Virus record (IMG/VR): IMGVR_UViG_3300028048_000047
Span: 1 to 64,000 of that record
Length of the DNA stretch: 64,000 nucleotides
Origin: a virus
Taxonomy: Duplodnaviria > Caudoviricetes
Direction: 5' to 3' (one strand)
Made by a program: the position numbers and the translations under genes. The notes beneath the pieces were generated by a model that made no database searches, was not told where the DNA came from, and was given only the letters and a program-made list of their open reading frames with translations. Below are positions 17,868 to 26,431 of this stretch, one piece after another; position 1 is the first letter of the stretch; each line of letters starts with the position of its first letter.

Positions 17868-19100
17868 TTGAAGACAATACTGAAAAAATTCAAAGTATAT
17901 GCTCCACCTGATACGAAGGCATATGGTTTGAATGAAGATGGCACTCTAACCATTACAGGTATCGCTTCAACTACAAATGAAGATTTAGATGGAGAAATTA
18001 TTACTCCTGATGCACTTCAAAGTTTAGAGCGACAAGTTGTGGGTTTGAATCTCCACCTTGACCATAATCATAATTATGATGGAGGTATTGGTGTTATAAC
18101 CGAGGCTGAAATTCAGGATAATTCTTTAAGGATTACGGCTATTGTGTTACCTGAGTATGCTCTTAGTGTATTACAAAAGTTACAATTAGGCATGAAAATG
18201 GGTTTCAGTATTGGAGGAATACCAGTAATCAATAGTGGAAATTCGAGAGTGATAAATGATTTTGTATTATTAGAGGTGTCATTGACATTATTACCTGCAA
18301 ACTGGGATACCTTTGGAACTGTTGAAACAAAAACAGAGGTAAAAAGTAAATGTTTGACTGGGGCTTGTCATTACATCTTAAAAAGTAAAAATAAGGAAGA
18401 TATTATGAGTGAAAAAGATTTAAATGCACCAACTCCTGTTGGTGATGATATTAAACAAGAATTAGTAAATATTGTTAATGAAGCTATATTAAACTTGAAA
18501 CCAGTTATCCTCGATGAATTAAGAGGAGAATTAAGTGTATTGGTTCAAGATGTTGTTTCACAAGCATTAGTTGAAGTTCTTCCACAAACACAACCTGATG
18601 ATATGGTTGCTTATTCAGAGGAAGAAGTAGAAGAATTTGCTTGTGAAGAAGAACCAGTTGAAGCAAAAGATGCAACTGAGGAAGAAGAAACCACAGAAGA
18701 AGTTCCAGAAGAAGAAGTTGTGGAAGAAGAAAAAGCGACAACTACTGAGGAAGAAGAAGTTGTGGAAGAAGAGGAAGAAGTTGTGGAAGAAGAAAAAGAA
18801 GTAACTGACAAAATTCCAATTGATGGAATCCCTGCAACTCCTAATGATGTACAATATGTACCAACAGAACCTCCTTTACAAGCTCCAAATTATGTAGTTG
18901 ATAGTAAGGCTCTTGCAGAACAAGTTGTTGAAGAAGTATTTAAAAAATTAAATATGAATCGTAAACAATCTGATAAAAAAGAAACTGGTAGCAAATTAAA
19001 ACAAGCACAAAAAGAAAATGGGATTAAACCTGCTAAGAAAAACAAATTCTTAGACAGTCCTAAAAGAGATAAATTTGGACGCAATAGAAAATACTTATAA
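17868..19100 (+). CDS. prohead protease (HK97-type) fused to acidic scaffolding domain
   Basis: ITGIASTTNEDLDGEII, LDHNH, GFSIGG, LLEVSLTLLPAN; Glu-rich C-terminus. Confidence 0.9.
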   Translation: MKTILKKFKVYAPPDTKAYGLNEDGTLTITGIASTTNEDLDGEIITPDALQSLERQVVGLNLHLDHNHNYDGGIGVITEAEIQDNSLRITAIVLPEYALSVLQKLQLGMKMGFSIGGIPVINSGNSRVINDFVLLEVSLTLLPANWDTFGTVETKTEVKSKCLTGACHYILKSKNKEDIMSEKDLNAPTPVGDDIKQELVNIVNEAILNLKPVILDELRGELSVLVQDVVSQALVEVLPQTQPDDMVAYSEEEVEEFACEEEPVEAKDATEEEETTEEVPEEEVVEEEKATTTEEEEVVEEEEEVVEEEKEVTDKIPIDGIPATPNDVQYVPTEPPLQAPNYVVDSKALAEQVVEEVFKKLNMNRKQSDKKETGSKLKQAQKENGIKPAKKNKFLDSPKRDKFGRNRKYL

Positions 19101-19171
19101 AAAATAAAGAGAATTTATTTTTTTTATAGAAAATTATTTTAAGAATTAACTAAGTTTTATAAAAGGAGATT

Positions 19172-20239
19172 ATGTATATGAATTTAAAAGAAAAAATTAA
19201 AAACCACGATGATTTCAGTTTAAAATTTAATGATGCACCATTTAACACAAATGGTATTTTAAACCCAGGTTGGGCAGAACCAACTTACGATGACTTTTTT
19301 GAAAGAATGGTAGATGTACCAGTTTTATTAAATCAATCTACTGTTCTCCCAATGACTGCATTACAACATGACCTCGATATGCTTACAGCAGATGTTGAAT
19401 TAGACAGTCAAAGAGATGCACATGGTAAATCAACTGCATTAACTGAAACTGAATTAGAACCTGGAATGGAAAGAAAACAATTAATTGCTCAACCTTTACA
19501 AGCAAAAACAATCATTTCAGATAACTTCCTCGAAGAAAACATTGAAGGAGAAGACTTCTTAACAACTTATATGAATCTTTTAGCAGATGCAATGGGACCT
19601 GCATTTGAAAGATGGGGTATCTTTGCAGACCCTAATGGTACTGTTGGAACAAATGAAGGTAGTGGTTACAAAATGACTACTGGTCTTTTACCTCAATTAA
19701 AAGATATTGCTTCTGATAACAATAAAGAAGCAAATGGTATTGCTAAATTGGTCTACAAAGACCATGTGGGACAAGGTATCCTTGATGCAATTGAAACTTA
19801 TATTGACCAAGATGGTAATATTAAGAATGCAACTTGTGTTTTACCTCCTCAAATTTATGCAAAATTGATGATTGAAATCGCAAGGGATAAAGAAACAGAC
19901 CTTGGTGATGCAGTATTCCAAGATGGTAATATTACTAAAATTTTAGGTATTGAAATTAATGCAGATGACATTCTCAGAAATACTCGTAACGGTTATGACA
20001 GAATGCAATTCACCGATGGTTACTACAAAGGAAACGGTGCTTATGTAGATAAAATGAAGTACGGATTCATAGGACAACCATCAAATATTGTATTTGGTAT
20101 GATGAGAGAATTCGATATTAAAAATCAATGGGATATTGATGTACTTGGTTATAAAGTAGCATTACTCTGTAAAGGTGATGCAAAACTTTTATGGGACCAG
20201 GACACTCTTGCAATTCCATTTACAATGAATAGTGAATAA
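19172..20239 (+). CDS. major capsid protein (HK97 fold)
   Basis: position after protease, 355 aa, GILNP..., ISDNFLEENIEGEDF, P.NIVFG; AAGGAG RBS; terminator follows. Confidence 0.85.
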   Translation: MYMNLKEKIKNHDDFSLKFNDAPFNTNGILNPGWAEPTYDDFFERMVDVPVLLNQSTVLPMTALQHDLDMLTADVELDSQRDAHGKSTALTETELEPGMERKQLIAQPLQAKTIISDNFLEENIEGEDFLTTYMNLLADAMGPAFERWGIFADPNGTVGTNEGSGYKMTTGLLPQLKDIASDNNKEANGIAKLVYKDHVGQGILDAIETYIDQDGNIKNATCVLPPQIYAKLMIEIARDKETDLGDAVFQDGNITKILGIEINADDILRNTRNGYDRMQFTDGYYKGNGAYVDKMKYGFIGQPSNIVFGMMREFDIKNQWDIDVLGYKVALLCKGDAKLLWDQDTLAIPFTMNSE

Positions 20240-20276
20240 GTGTGTAATTCAATACACTTGTTTATTATTTTTTTTT
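20238..20276 (+). terminator. hairpin plus T-run after MCP
   Basis: AAGTGT...ACACTT followed by T tracts. Confidence 0.5.
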
Positions 20277-20310
20277 GGAATTTGAATTTGACAATAAAGA
20301 GGATTTTTAA

Positions 20311-20994
20311 ATGGTAGATTATTGGAAAAAACTTAAACTTGATGAATGTTGGAGCAATAAACAGAGGTTCAATATTATAATGGAAAAAATTGAAAATACT
20401 GTTGTTGGCGATTCAGATATAGTTGAAGTATTTAATAATATTAAAGAGAAAGTGGATAATTTAGTAATTCCTTCAAAAACAAGTGAATTGGAAAATGATA
20501 GTGGATTCATTACAGAACATCAAAGTCTTGAAGATTATGTTGAAAAACAGGATACTGATGGATTACTAAGAAATGATGGTAGTGTAGATGAATCTGATTA
20601 TTTAACTGAGCATCAAGATATTAGTGGTAAAATAGACCGTAATGAGTTATTTAAAAATGGAGTTTTCACAACTACTAATACTAATAGTAGAGGTAGCATT
20701 GCTAAAATTTGGAATGAAAGTGATGGTGGGGGAACTCAGTTTACAGATAATTCTTCTAATGTTGTTTCTTTCGTGGGTGTTAATGAAGGAAGCCGTGATG
20801 GGGATATTTATGTTCAAATTTATTCAAAGAACAAGTCCAATAATAGTGGTGTCCGTTTAAATTTTAATCCAAATGGAGCATTTTATACTGTTGGAACAAG
20901 TAAAACATGGACTGATAATGATGAAATCGCAACGGTTGGTGCTTTGAAGGAGTTGGAAGAAAGAATTAATTTGTTGGAAGATAGATTGGAGTAG
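20311..20994 (+). CDS. putative head fibre/decoration protein
   Basis: follows MCP; PSKTSELENDSGF, EHQDISGK and GLLRNDGSVD fibre repeats. Confidence 0.6.
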   Translation: MVDYWKKLKLDECWSNKQRFNIIMEKIENTVVGDSDIVEVFNNIKEKVDNLVIPSKTSELENDSGFITEHQSLEDYVEKQDTDGLLRNDGSVDESDYLTEHQDISGKIDRNELFKNGVFTTTNTNSRGSIAKIWNESDGGGTQFTDNSSNVVSFVGVNEGSRDGDIYVQIYSKNKSNNSGVRLNFNPNGAFYTVGTSKTWTDNDEIATVGALKELEERINLLEDRLE

Positions 20995-21003
20995 TGAAGT
21001 ATC

Positions 21004-21138
21004 ATGATTGATTATTGGAGTAAACTCAAACTTGATGAATGTTGGAGTAAAAAAGAGAGATACAATAAAATTATGAATTATATTTTAAATGAAGCGAATG
21101 AAGAAAATGAAGATGATGAATCAAAAAGAAGTATATGA
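21004..21138 (+). CDS. 44-aa paralogue of the N-terminus of 20311 (not in ORF track)
   Basis: MIDYWSKLKLDECWSKKERYNKIM vs MVDYWKKLKLDECWSNKQRFNIIM. Confidence 0.7.
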   Translation: MIDYWSKLKLDECWSKKERYNKIMNYILNEANEENEDDESKRSI

Positions 21139-21219
21139 TATTATATTATTTTTTTATTTGTCATCTTCTTTTTTTTTTAAACATTTTTACTGGTTTTAGG
21201 GGGTGTTTTTGGGATTTTT

Positions 21220-21810
21220 ATGATTTCTGCTGAGAAGATACGGACACTTCTTAAATTTGAAGGTGTTACTGTTGATTTCACCGATGAGGAGTTACAAGTA
21301 TTAATTGATTCAAAACTTGATGAGTTAGAAGGTTTGATTGGTGCAGATATTAGACCTCATGACAGACAAAAGACTGTGGGTAAATTTAAAGGTAAAATAC
21401 TTGAATTAAATTTTTATCCAATTATTCAAATTGCAGATATTGTTTTAAATGGATATTCACTATGCAATTATGAGTACCATGTAAATTATGATTTAGGTAT
21501 TATTTATTTTAACCATCGTATTAGAGGACATATTACTGTATATTATACAACAGGGATTCCTGAAAGAGATTTTTCTTATATTATTACTCCTTTAATTAAG
21601 GATATGGTGTCTTATGCTTTGAATTATAATGAAGGATTAAAGTATGATAGAGGAATTAGTGGTGAAGGAACTATTGCTTCTTTGAAAGAAGGTGATGTTA
21701 GTATTGGGTTTGCATATGATAGTAGTTTAACTCTTGGTGCAAGGATTAATGATAGGATTGATGATTTAAAGTCAAAATATTGTTATTCTACAAGAGTAAG
21801 GTGGATTTAA
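21220..21810 (+). CDS. head-tail adaptor
   Basis: synteny; ELNFYPI, GIIYF, ITVYYTTG, SLKEGDVSIGF. Confidence 0.75.
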   Translation: MISAEKIRTLLKFEGVTVDFTDEELQVLIDSKLDELEGLIGADIRPHDRQKTVGKFKGKILELNFYPIIQIADIVLNGYSLCNYEYHVNYDLGIIYFNHRIRGHITVYYTTGIPERDFSYIITPLIKDMVSYALNYNEGLKYDRGISGEGTIASLKEGDVSIGFAYDSSLTLGARINDRIDDLKSKYCYSTRVRWI

Positions 21811-21843
21811 TTTTTTTAATAAAAATAGGATAGTTGATGATTT

Positions 21844-22197
21844 ATGGTGTTTTTTCCAAATGAGAAAGTTGAGTTATGGGAGTATAATGAAGAAGGGGAT
21901 ATTCCTAACTTTTTTGGTGAAACTATTGCGTCTTATACTTTAATTGGAGTGTATGATGTTGATTTTCAACCTGCTTCCCAAAAAGATACTATGAATGATT
22001 TTGGTAAGACCTTAGAAGATACTTATAAATTATATTTAGATTTGAGCGTACCTATTACAGATACTATGATTCTTAGGTTAGAAGGAAAAGAGGATACTTA
22101 TAGTGTTGTAGGTACTCCTATTTTTAATAATCATAATGTTGTTAATCATATTAAAGTTATTGTTCAGAAACAAAGACAACCCACAAAATTAGAATAA
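21844..22197 (+). CDS. head closure protein
   Basis: synteny; NFFGE, DFQP, YSVVGTP. Confidence 0.65.
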   Translation: MVFFPNEKVELWEYNEEGDIPNFFGETIASYTLIGVYDVDFQPASQKDTMNDFGKTLEDTYKLYLDLSVPITDTMILRLEGKEDTYSVVGTPIFNNHNVVNHIKVIVQKQRQPTKLE

Positions 22198-22229
22198 TAT
22201 TCATTTTTTTTTTGAAGGTTTGTGTGATT

Positions 22230-22571
22230 ATGGATGTTAATGTAATTATAAATGATGGTTTTTATAAGAAACTTAATGAAAGTAATTTTCGTAATGCTAT
22301 TGTTGATACTGTTAGAACTACAACAACTGAGGCAGATGAAGATTGTAGGAGAGAATGTCCAGTACGAACTGGGAATCTAAGGGATAGTCATTATACAGTA
22401 TATGAAGGGGATACGGGTAAAGTTATGAATACTGCTGAATATGCAAATACAGTTATTTATGGTAATGAAACTCGTTCACCGAATAATTATCCTCAAAGGG
22501 TTTTGAATAATATGAATGGAACATATGAAGAGATGTTTTTAAAATCACTTAGTCAAAATGGAGTGTTATAA
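22230..22571 (+). CDS. HK97 gp10-like tail completion protein
   Basis: CPVRTGNLRDS, NTAEYANTVIYG. Confidence 0.85.
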   Translation: MDVNVIINDGFYKKLNESNFRNAIVDTVRTTTTEADEDCRRECPVRTGNLRDSHYTVYEGDTGKVMNTAEYANTVIYGNETRSPNNYPQRVLNNMNGTYEEMFLKSLSQNGVL

Positions 22572-22573
22572 TT

Positions 22574-23254
22574 ATGATTCCTCCATTACAAGCAGTAAGA
22601 AGAGTTTTATGGGGTAATGTTATTTTGGACGGTAAGAAAATACCTGTTGTTAAACAAGGTTATCCTTATGATAAATCCCCATGTATTACAATTGATGATA
22701 GTGGTGGTTCGGCTTTTATTGAAAGAAACATTACTAATGTTAAATATCCTTTACAAAACACTCATCCTCAATTTGACCCTGAAAATCCTTTTAAAAAAGT
22801 TCCTCAACAAGTTTTAAGGGAATTTTTTGAAACTACTCTAAATATTCATGTTTGGGCTAATACAGAAGATGAAAGGGAAAAATTGAATAATATAATTTTA
22901 AAACTGTTTCATGAAGCTCAATCAGGTCATTATAAGTTTTGTAATCAGTATCATGATGGTGATTGTAGTTATATGGACAATACTTGTTATGCAGAACACT
23001 TTGACAAAGTGAATAGTAGATTAATCAAGAATCAATGTCCTAATCCAAAAGTATATGGTTATGAGAATATATTCACAACATATAATTTGATAAGAGCAAG
23101 TTTTTATTTGAATCAACCTTATAGTTTGAATGATTATTCAAAGGATAATACTATGTTGAGAAGTGTTTTGAAGTTACATACTGGTTATTTTGTAGACCAT
23201 ATTATTGGTGGAATTATAAGTGAGAAAATTATTAGTAAGGAGGAAGTAATTTGA
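22574..23254 (+). CDS. tail terminator-like protein with Cys-rich insert
   Basis: synteny; PCITI, LNIHVWA. Confidence 0.6.
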   Translation: MIPPLQAVRRVLWGNVILDGKKIPVVKQGYPYDKSPCITIDDSGGSAFIERNITNVKYPLQNTHPQFDPENPFKKVPQQVLREFFETTLNIHVWANTEDEREKLNNIILKLFHEAQSGHYKFCNQYHDGDCSYMDNTCYAEHFDKVNSRLIKNQCPNPKVYGYENIFTTYNLIRASFYLNQPYSLNDYSKDNTMLRSVLKLHTGYFVDHIIGGIISEKIISKEEVI

Positions 23255-23529
23255 GTGAAAAAAAAGAAGGTGAAGTAGAAGAATCCAAAAAATCTTCAAA
23301 AAAGAAGAAGGATAAACAAGATGAATCCAAAGTTAAAAAGAATCTTCCGTTGAGAACATTAATAGATTTAGTTGATGAATCTCAACTTCGTAGAAAGGAG
23401 ATAATTGTTAAATTAGCGGATAATGGTTATTTAAGTCAATTCTATGAAGAAGAAGATAAAAGAAGAATTGGTTATCCAATTGAACCAACAATTAATGAAG
23501 ATGAATTTAAAAAAATTATAGGAGAATGA
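23251..23529 (+). CDS. hypothetical virion-associated protein
   Basis: AAGGAGG RBS, precedes sheath. Confidence 0.55.
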   Translation: MSEKKEGEVEESKKSSKKKKDKQDESKVKKNLPLRTLIDLVDESQLRRKEIIVKLADNGYLSQFYEEEDKRRIGYPIEPTINEDEFKKIIGE

Positions 23530-23536
23530 GAAGAAG

Positions 23537-24835
23537 ATGTTAATTGATGAGTTACCTGGGGTATATTTTAAGGAAAAAGTTGCTTATGAATTAAGTGGAG
23601 AAGGTAGTAAAATACCTATTTTTATAGGTGCAAGTGGTAATACTGCATCCACAAATTCACAAAGTGGAGGTACTACTCAAAATGAGGCATCATCTTATGT
23701 TGTTGATGGTAGTACATATATCAAATTTAATAAATTAAGTGATGCTCTAAGACCTGTTGTTAAAAATGACACAACTAAATCTGATGGTACTGTTGTTAAA
23801 TGGCAAGAAGCAACTGGAATTGGTGAATATATTACTTATGATGCTAATGGAAATGCAACTTATCATGATGAAAACAAATTAGCGAAAAGAATCTACGAAT
23901 TTTACATGGAAAGTAAATTATTACAAAGTACAGATATTGGTGTACCTTATTTTTATGTAATTGATGTAGGTGCAGGCACTAATTTGAAAGCATGGGAAAC
24001 TGCATTGGAAACTGCTAAAACATTAACAGATGCAACAGTAGAATTTTATGTTGGAGCAGAAGGGATTACTGGGTGTACCTTAGAACAATTTTGTATAAAA
24101 GCAGTGGATAGTATTTTTGAAGATACAGAGGAATTAGATTTAAGGTATGGGTTTACTTACCTTAGTAAAACTTCAAGTGAAACATTAGCAGAATATGATG
24201 CAAGACTTATTACATTAGCAAATAATTTAAGAAGTCATTACAGTAGTACTCTTTATAAATTATCAAGATTTGGTCTTTGTGAAGAGTTATTAGTGGGTAA
24301 AACCATAGCAAGAATTTGTTGCACACCATATAATACTGAACCAGGGTTCTTCAAATATCGTAGTGTTACACCAAACACTTTTAATAAAAGGTTAAAAGAA
24401 GATATGAAAGACTTACAAGATGCAGGTATTATATTTAATCGTGATGAACAAGTGAATGGTAATAAATTACCTCGTATTAATTTATGTGTTTCATGTAGTT
24501 TTGGTTCAACAACTGACAGACCTGCTGATGCTTTATTCCATGCAAGGTTTAATGCAGATGATTTACTTCGTGAAGTCTTTGAAGTGTGTTATACTCAAAT
24601 TAAAGCAAATGAATCTGCTACAAACATAGCTTATCTTCAAACAATGATTAATAGAATTGTTAATAATCGTGTAGTTAATGAAGAAATGATTAAATACGAT
24701 GATAGAACTGAAATAGGTACTAAATTAACAGTTATAGAATCACATGAAGAACCTTATAATCTTATTGTAACTGGACAAATACAACCAGTAAAATGTACTA
24801 TTGCAATTAAGGTTGAAGCAGAAATAAAAATATAA
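23537..24835 (+). CDS. tail sheath protein
   Basis: N-terminal LPGVYFKE, IPIFIG, C-terminal V.G.IQPV...AI.V. Confidence 0.8.
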   Translation: MLIDELPGVYFKEKVAYELSGEGSKIPIFIGASGNTASTNSQSGGTTQNEASSYVVDGSTYIKFNKLSDALRPVVKNDTTKSDGTVVKWQEATGIGEYITYDANGNATYHDENKLAKRIYEFYMESKLLQSTDIGVPYFYVIDVGAGTNLKAWETALETAKTLTDATVEFYVGAEGITGCTLEQFCIKAVDSIFEDTEELDLRYGFTYLSKTSSETLAEYDARLITLANNLRSHYSSTLYKLSRFGLCEELLVGKTIARICCTPYNTEPGFFKYRSVTPNTFNKRLKEDMKDLQDAGIIFNRDEQVNGNKLPRINLCVSCSFGSTTDRPADALFHARFNADDLLREVFEVCYTQIKANESATNIAYLQTMINRIVNNRVVNEEMIKYDDRTEIGTKLTVIESHEEPYNLIVTGQIQPVKCTIAIKVEAEIKI

Positions 24836-24864
24836 AATTTATATTAAATGGAGTTGAGTGAACA

Positions 24865-25257
24865 ATGGTAAATGTAAAAAGATATAATCTTGCACAATTT
24901 GTATTTGATGGTGAACAAATTCCAGTAGGTAGTTTCAAAACCACAAGGAAACAAAGTACTGAAACATTAAATGCGTGTAATAGTCATAAACCATATGCAG
25001 TAATGTTCGGTAAAGAAGAATTAAGTTGGGAAGCAAGTGATATTGACCCAATTTACAGACCTTTCTTTGAAAAAGTAATGGATAATCAGAAAGCAGACCC
25101 TACTAATTTAGGTACTGTTGCTACATATGATTATAGTGAAATTACTTCCGATATATATGAAGATGATGCTTTTGGTGATGTATGGGTTGAAGAATTAAGT
25201 AAAGATACTGCTAACAAACCATTTTCGGCTAAGGGCAATGCTATGAGGATGGTATAA
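24865..25257 (+). CDS. tail tube protein
   Basis: 130 aa beta-rich protein directly after sheath. Confidence 0.7.
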   Translation: MVNVKRYNLAQFVFDGEQIPVGSFKTTRKQSTETLNACNSHKPYAVMFGKEELSWEASDIDPIYRPFFEKVMDNQKADPTNLGTVATYDYSEITSDIYEDDAFGDVWVEELSKDTANKPFSAKGNAMRMV

Positions 25258-25292
25258 ATATAATCCTCATAGTTTTTTTTATTATTTTTTTT
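25241..25292 (+). terminator. hairpin plus oligo-T terminator after tube gene
   Basis: CTATGAGGAT/ATCCTCATAG 10-bp stem then T8. Confidence 0.7.
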
Positions 25293-25302
25293 ATATTATT
25301 AT

Positions 25303-25349
25303 GTCCGAGCAGAATGTATAATATTTAGGTTCAAATCCTAACTCGGACT
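25303..25349 (+). ncRNA. tRNA-like minihelix (acceptor stem plus T-arm only)
   Basis: GTCCGAG/CTCGGAC 7 bp; TTAGG-TTCAAAT-CCTAA T-arm; 15-nt linker instead of D and anticodon arms. Confidence 0.7.
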
Positions 25350-25405
25350 TTTTTAAATAAAATTTACCATATTTTAACTTTTTTTTATAGGAGGTTTTGA
25401 AAGTT

Positions 25406-26203
25406 ATGGTTGAAGATAACAATATTGTACAAGAAAAGAAAACTGAAAAAAGAACACAAGCAGTCATTGACTTAGAAAAGAAATTATTGAAAACCACTTG
25501 GGTTAAAGAAGCAGAATTAATACAGAAATATGTTCCTAATGAAGATTTAACAAAAGGTCAAATCAAATTACTTGAAAAATGTATTAATAAAGAAGATTTC
25601 ACAGACAAACAATTCAAAGATTTAAAAGTACTACTTAACAAATATCGTACTTTATTAAATGATTTAAAACCTGAGGAAACAATAGAATCCGTTGATGAAG
25701 CATTACAGTTAATACAAACAGAACAAGACTTTTTGGATTTAATGGATGAAGAACAAAAAAAATATTTAACAGTACATTTACCTATGAGTAATGGTAATAT
25801 GTTAGAATTTGAATTTGAAGTATTACCTATCACAGACAGTAGAGTAGTTGAATCCTTAGAATTACAAATAGATTTGTTCCGTGATTTTAGTTTAGAAGAA
25901 ACTGCAACATATGCAACTGCATCACAAAAAGACCCAAGTAATAGAACACCACAAGAACAAAAAATACTTGACAAAATGAATAAAATGTTAAGTGAAAAAC
26001 TTGGACAACAAAAACTAAAAAGTGTAGATAATTTCCTTGCAAATCAATTATTACTAAAAGGAAGTAATGCAAATTTAGAAAAAAGACATGAATTTTGGGT
26101 TAAATTCCCATTCAATGCAAAATTCACAATATTCCTTGCAGTACAAAGAAGACTTGGAATAACCGAAGTTAATAATGAACAATTATTTCCGTTTGGTGAA
26201 TAG
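25406..26203 (+). CDS. tail assembly chaperone (gpG-like)
   Basis: between tube and tape measure; GGAGG RBS. Confidence 0.65.
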   Translation: MVEDNNIVQEKKTEKRTQAVIDLEKKLLKTTWVKEAELIQKYVPNEDLTKGQIKLLEKCINKEDFTDKQFKDLKVLLNKYRTLLNDLKPEETIESVDEALQLIQTEQDFLDLMDEEQKKYLTVHLPMSNGNMLEFEFEVLPITDSRVVESLELQIDLFRDFSLEETATYATASQKDPSNRTPQEQKILDKMNKMLSEKLGQQKLKSVDNFLANQLLLKGSNANLEKRHEFWVKFPFNAKFTIFLAVQRRLGITEVNNEQLFPFGE

Positions 26204-26378
26204 TTTTATGGGTGATGTTTACTTTGAAGTAAGTAAACATTTAAGATGCAGTCCTTATTATGTTATAAAAAACAAATTCAGACCTGACATAAGGTTCTTA
26301 ATAATGAAATATACTCAAATATTAAGAACAAAACAAAAAGAATATGAAAGAATAAAAGAAGAACAAGACAAATTCTAA
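26175..26378 (+). CDS. tail assembly chaperone second part (gpT-like)
   Basis: overlaps previous ORF in the +1 frame, immediately before tape measure; alternative ATG at 26208. Confidence 0.6.
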   Translation: MNNYFRLVNSFMGDVYFEVSKHLRCSPYYVIKNKFRPDIRFLIMKYTQILRTKQKEYERIKEEQDKF

Positions 26379-26431
26379 TAAAAAAAATATAGTTTTAAAA
26401 AAAATAAGATTATACCTAAGATGTGATACTG

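Noticed and set aside
25303-25349. Complete tRNA gene
   Set aside because: No D arm or anticodon arm; reported as tRNA-like instead.
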